Under the pieces are notes generated by a model. It saw nothing but the letters and a program-made list of their open reading frames with translations. It did no database searches and was not told where the DNA came from. Below are positions 62,029 to 64,000 of a DNA stretch of 64,000 nucleotides, one piece after another; position 1 is the stretch's first letter; each line of letters starts with the position of its first letter. The stretch lies in the NCBI GenBank assembly GCA_964467805.1, contig CAYXSU010000001.1, forward strand, positions 149,261 to 213,260. Reading direction: 5' to 3'. A program made the translations under genes and the position numbers. The stretch is from an uncultured Microbacteriaceae bacterium. Lineage in GTDB: Bacteria; Actinomycetota; Actinomycetes; Actinomycetales; Microbacteriaceae.

Positions 62029-64000
62029 CTAGAGCAGCGAGCGCAACACGTACTGGAGGATTCCACCGTTTCGGTAGTAGTCGGCTTCTGCGGGAGTATC
62101 GATGCGAACCACTGCATCAAAGGCGACCGGCGCCTTACCCGGCGCCGAGTGCGCCGTCGGGTTCGCGCGCACGCGAAGAGCGGCGGGGACCGGCCCGTCA
62201 TTGAGAGCAACGATGCCCTCAATACTGAACTCTTCGGTTCCATCCAATCCCAGAGATGCCGCATTCGCTCCTGCAGGGAACTGCAGTGGAATGACACCCA
62301 TACCAATGAGGTTTGAGCGATGAATACGTTCGAAACTCTCCGCAATCACCGCCCGAACGCCGAGAAGGCTGGTGCCCTTCGCAGCCCAGTCTCTTGAGGA
62401 TCCGGAGCCGTACTCTTTGCCGGCAAGAATCACGAGGGGTGTTCCTCCAGCGGCATAGCGCTCCGAGGCGTCATAGATAGTGCTCTTGGACCCCTCAGCG
62501 GTGGTGAAGTCTCTGGTGAACCCTCCTTCAACACCGTCGAGTAAGAGATTCTTGAGGCGAATATTGGCGAACGTTCCACGAATCATGACCTCGTGGTTGC
62601 CACGACGTGATCCATAGGAGTTGAAGTCCAAGCGATCGATACCGCGCTCACTGAGGTAGCGACCGGCCGGGCTGTCAGCCTTGATGGAACCCGCGGGGCT
62701 GATGTGATCTGTCGTGACCGAGTCACCGAGCAACGCGAGAACCCGCGCTCCAACAATGTCCTTGACTGGCGAGGGCGCCTTCGTCATGCCCTCGAAATAC
62801 GGGGGTTTTCTGACATATGTCGACGCGTCATCCCAGTCAAAGGTGTCGCCCGTGGGAGTGGGCAAGGAGCGCCAGCGCTCGTCCCCATCAAACACACTCG
62901 CGTACTGCTTGAGGAACATATCGGTGTCAATGGAGGAGTCGATGGTTGCCTGAACCTCGGAAGCATCCGGCCACACATCGGCAAGGAAGACATCGTTGCC
63001 CTGCTGGTCCTGGCCGAGGGGCTGGGCGTCGAAATCGAAGTCCATAGTGCCGGCCAGTGCGTAGGCAATCACGAGCGGGGGGCTCGCCAGGTAGTTCATC
63101 TTGACGTCTGGATTGATCCGGCCCTCAAAGTTTCGGTTCCCCGAGAGCACGGCGGTGACCGCCAAATCGTTGTCGTTGATGGCCTGGGAGATCTCATCGG
63201 CAAGCGGGCCTGAGTTACCGATACAGGTGGTGCAGCCATAGCCCACCAAATAGAAGCCCAATGCTTCAAGGTCATCCATGAGGCCAGCTTTTTCGTAGTA
63301 GTCGGTCACTACTTTCGACCCGGGCGCCAAGGTCGTTTTGACCCAGGGCTTGGACTTCAGTCCTTTCTTGGCCGCGTTACGCGCGAGCAAACCGGCGGCC
63401 AACATCACCGAGGGATTCGAGGTGTTGGTGCACGAGGTAATGGCGGCGATGGTGACAGCGCCGTTGTGCAGCTCGAAGTCGGATCCGTTAGCGCTCACGG
63501 GAACGCCAGTTGTCGCGGTTTCCTTCGACAGAAAGCCCTCCAGGTCTTTGTGGAACTGATCCTGGGCGTCATCCAGGGCAATACGGTCTTGAGGCCTGCG
63601 GGGTCCCGCGATGCTTGGCACAACGCTCTGGAGATCAAGTTCCATATATTCGCTGTACCGGGGTTCGATGGACGGGTCGTGCCAGAGCCCCTGTTCCTTG
63701 GAATAGGCCTCTACCAAAGCGATCTGCTCCGCACTGCGGCCCGTGAGCCTCAAGTAGTCGAGTGTGACCTCGTCAATGGGGAACATTGCTGCGGTGGAGC
63801 CAAACTCTGGACTCATATTCCCAATGGTGGCGCGGTTAGCCAGTGGAACGTGGGCCACACCGGCTCCATAGAATTCAACGAATTTACCGACCACGCCGTG
63901 CGCTCGAAGCATTTGAGTAATGGTCAAGACGACATCAGTGGCTGTGACGCCTGCCGGAATGGTTCCCGTGAGTTTGAACCCAACGACCCGGGGAATGAGC
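62029..64000 (-). CDS. acnA: aconitate hydratase A (3' part; starts beyond window)
   Basis: [53 protein letters not shown]. Confidence 0.97.
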   Translation of the reverse strand, partial: LIPRVVGFKLTGTIPAGVTATDVVLTITQMLRAHGVVGKFVEFYGAGVAHVPLANRATIGNMSPEFGSTAAMFPIDEVTLDYLRLTGRSAEQIALVEAYSKEQGLWHDPSIEPRYSEYMELDLQSVVPSIAGPRRPQDRIALDDAQDQFHKDLEGFLSKETATTGVPVSANGSDFELHNGAVTIAAITSCTNTSNPSVMLAAGLLARNAAKKGLKSKPWVKTTLAPGSKVVTDYYEKAGLMDDLEALGFYLVGYGCTTCIGNSGPLADEISQAINDNDLAVTAVLSGNRNFEGRINPDVKMNYLASPPLVIAYALAGTMDFDFDAQPLGQDQQGNDVFLADVWPDASEVQATIDSSIDTDMFLKQYASVFDGDERWRSLPTPTGDTFDWDDASTYVRKPPYFEGMTKAPSPVKDIVGARVLALLGDSVTTDHISPAGSIKADSPAGRYLSERGIDRLDFNSYGSRRGNHEVMIRGTFANIRLKNLLLDGVEGGFTRDFTTAEGSKSTIYDASERYAAGGTPLVILAGKEYGSGSSRDWAAKGTSLLGVRAVIAESFERIHRSNLIGMGVIPLQFPAGANAASLGLDGTEEFSIEGIVALNDGPVPAALRVRANPTAHSAPGKAPVAFDAVVRIDTPAEADYYRNGGILQYVLRSLL

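Noticed and set aside
1-64000. CRISPR arrays, IS elements, rRNA, classical riboswitches (SAM before metK, T-box before thrS or alaS)
   Set aside because: No spaced direct repeats, transposases or matching motifs; the relevant intergenic regions are too short

Overview
A densely coded (many 1-4 nt stop/start overlaps), moderately high-GC chromosomal segment from an actinobacterium. Gene order and protein signatures fit a streamlined Microbacteriaceae genome (inference). It is almost all core genome. A long minus-strand run covers thrS, HIT, pdxST, yebC, ruvCAB, yajC, secDF and relA; then rarA, rpsD, alaS, ruvX, mltG, aroECKBQ, efp, nusB, pyrR/B/C, carAB, pyrF, gmk, rpoZ, coaBC, metK, priA, fmt, rsmB, rpe, an FKBP gene and hisE/hisG. 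There is also a four-tRNA cluster (Val-CAC, Gly-GCC, Cys-GCA, Val-GAC), amt, nhaA, zapE, sseA-sufE, rnd, fadAB, dxs and a partial acnA. I saw no integrase, transposase, prophage gene, CRISPR array or intact defence system. The most notable observations are: (1) an in-frame fusion of the nucleoid protein mIHF/sIHF to guanylate kinase, coupled to the PyrR-controlled pyr operon; (2) a membrane cyclophilin whose catalytic Arg is replaced by Ser; (3) a multi-hairpin leader before a stand-alone rpsD; (4) a stem-loop plus uORF before sseA; (5) a two-gene glycosyltransferase-like insert right after tRNA-Val(GAC); (6) a 51-aa membrane protein missed by the ORF track; (7) a recurring leaderless-promoter signature. 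All calls come from motif recognition by eye; no searches were run.
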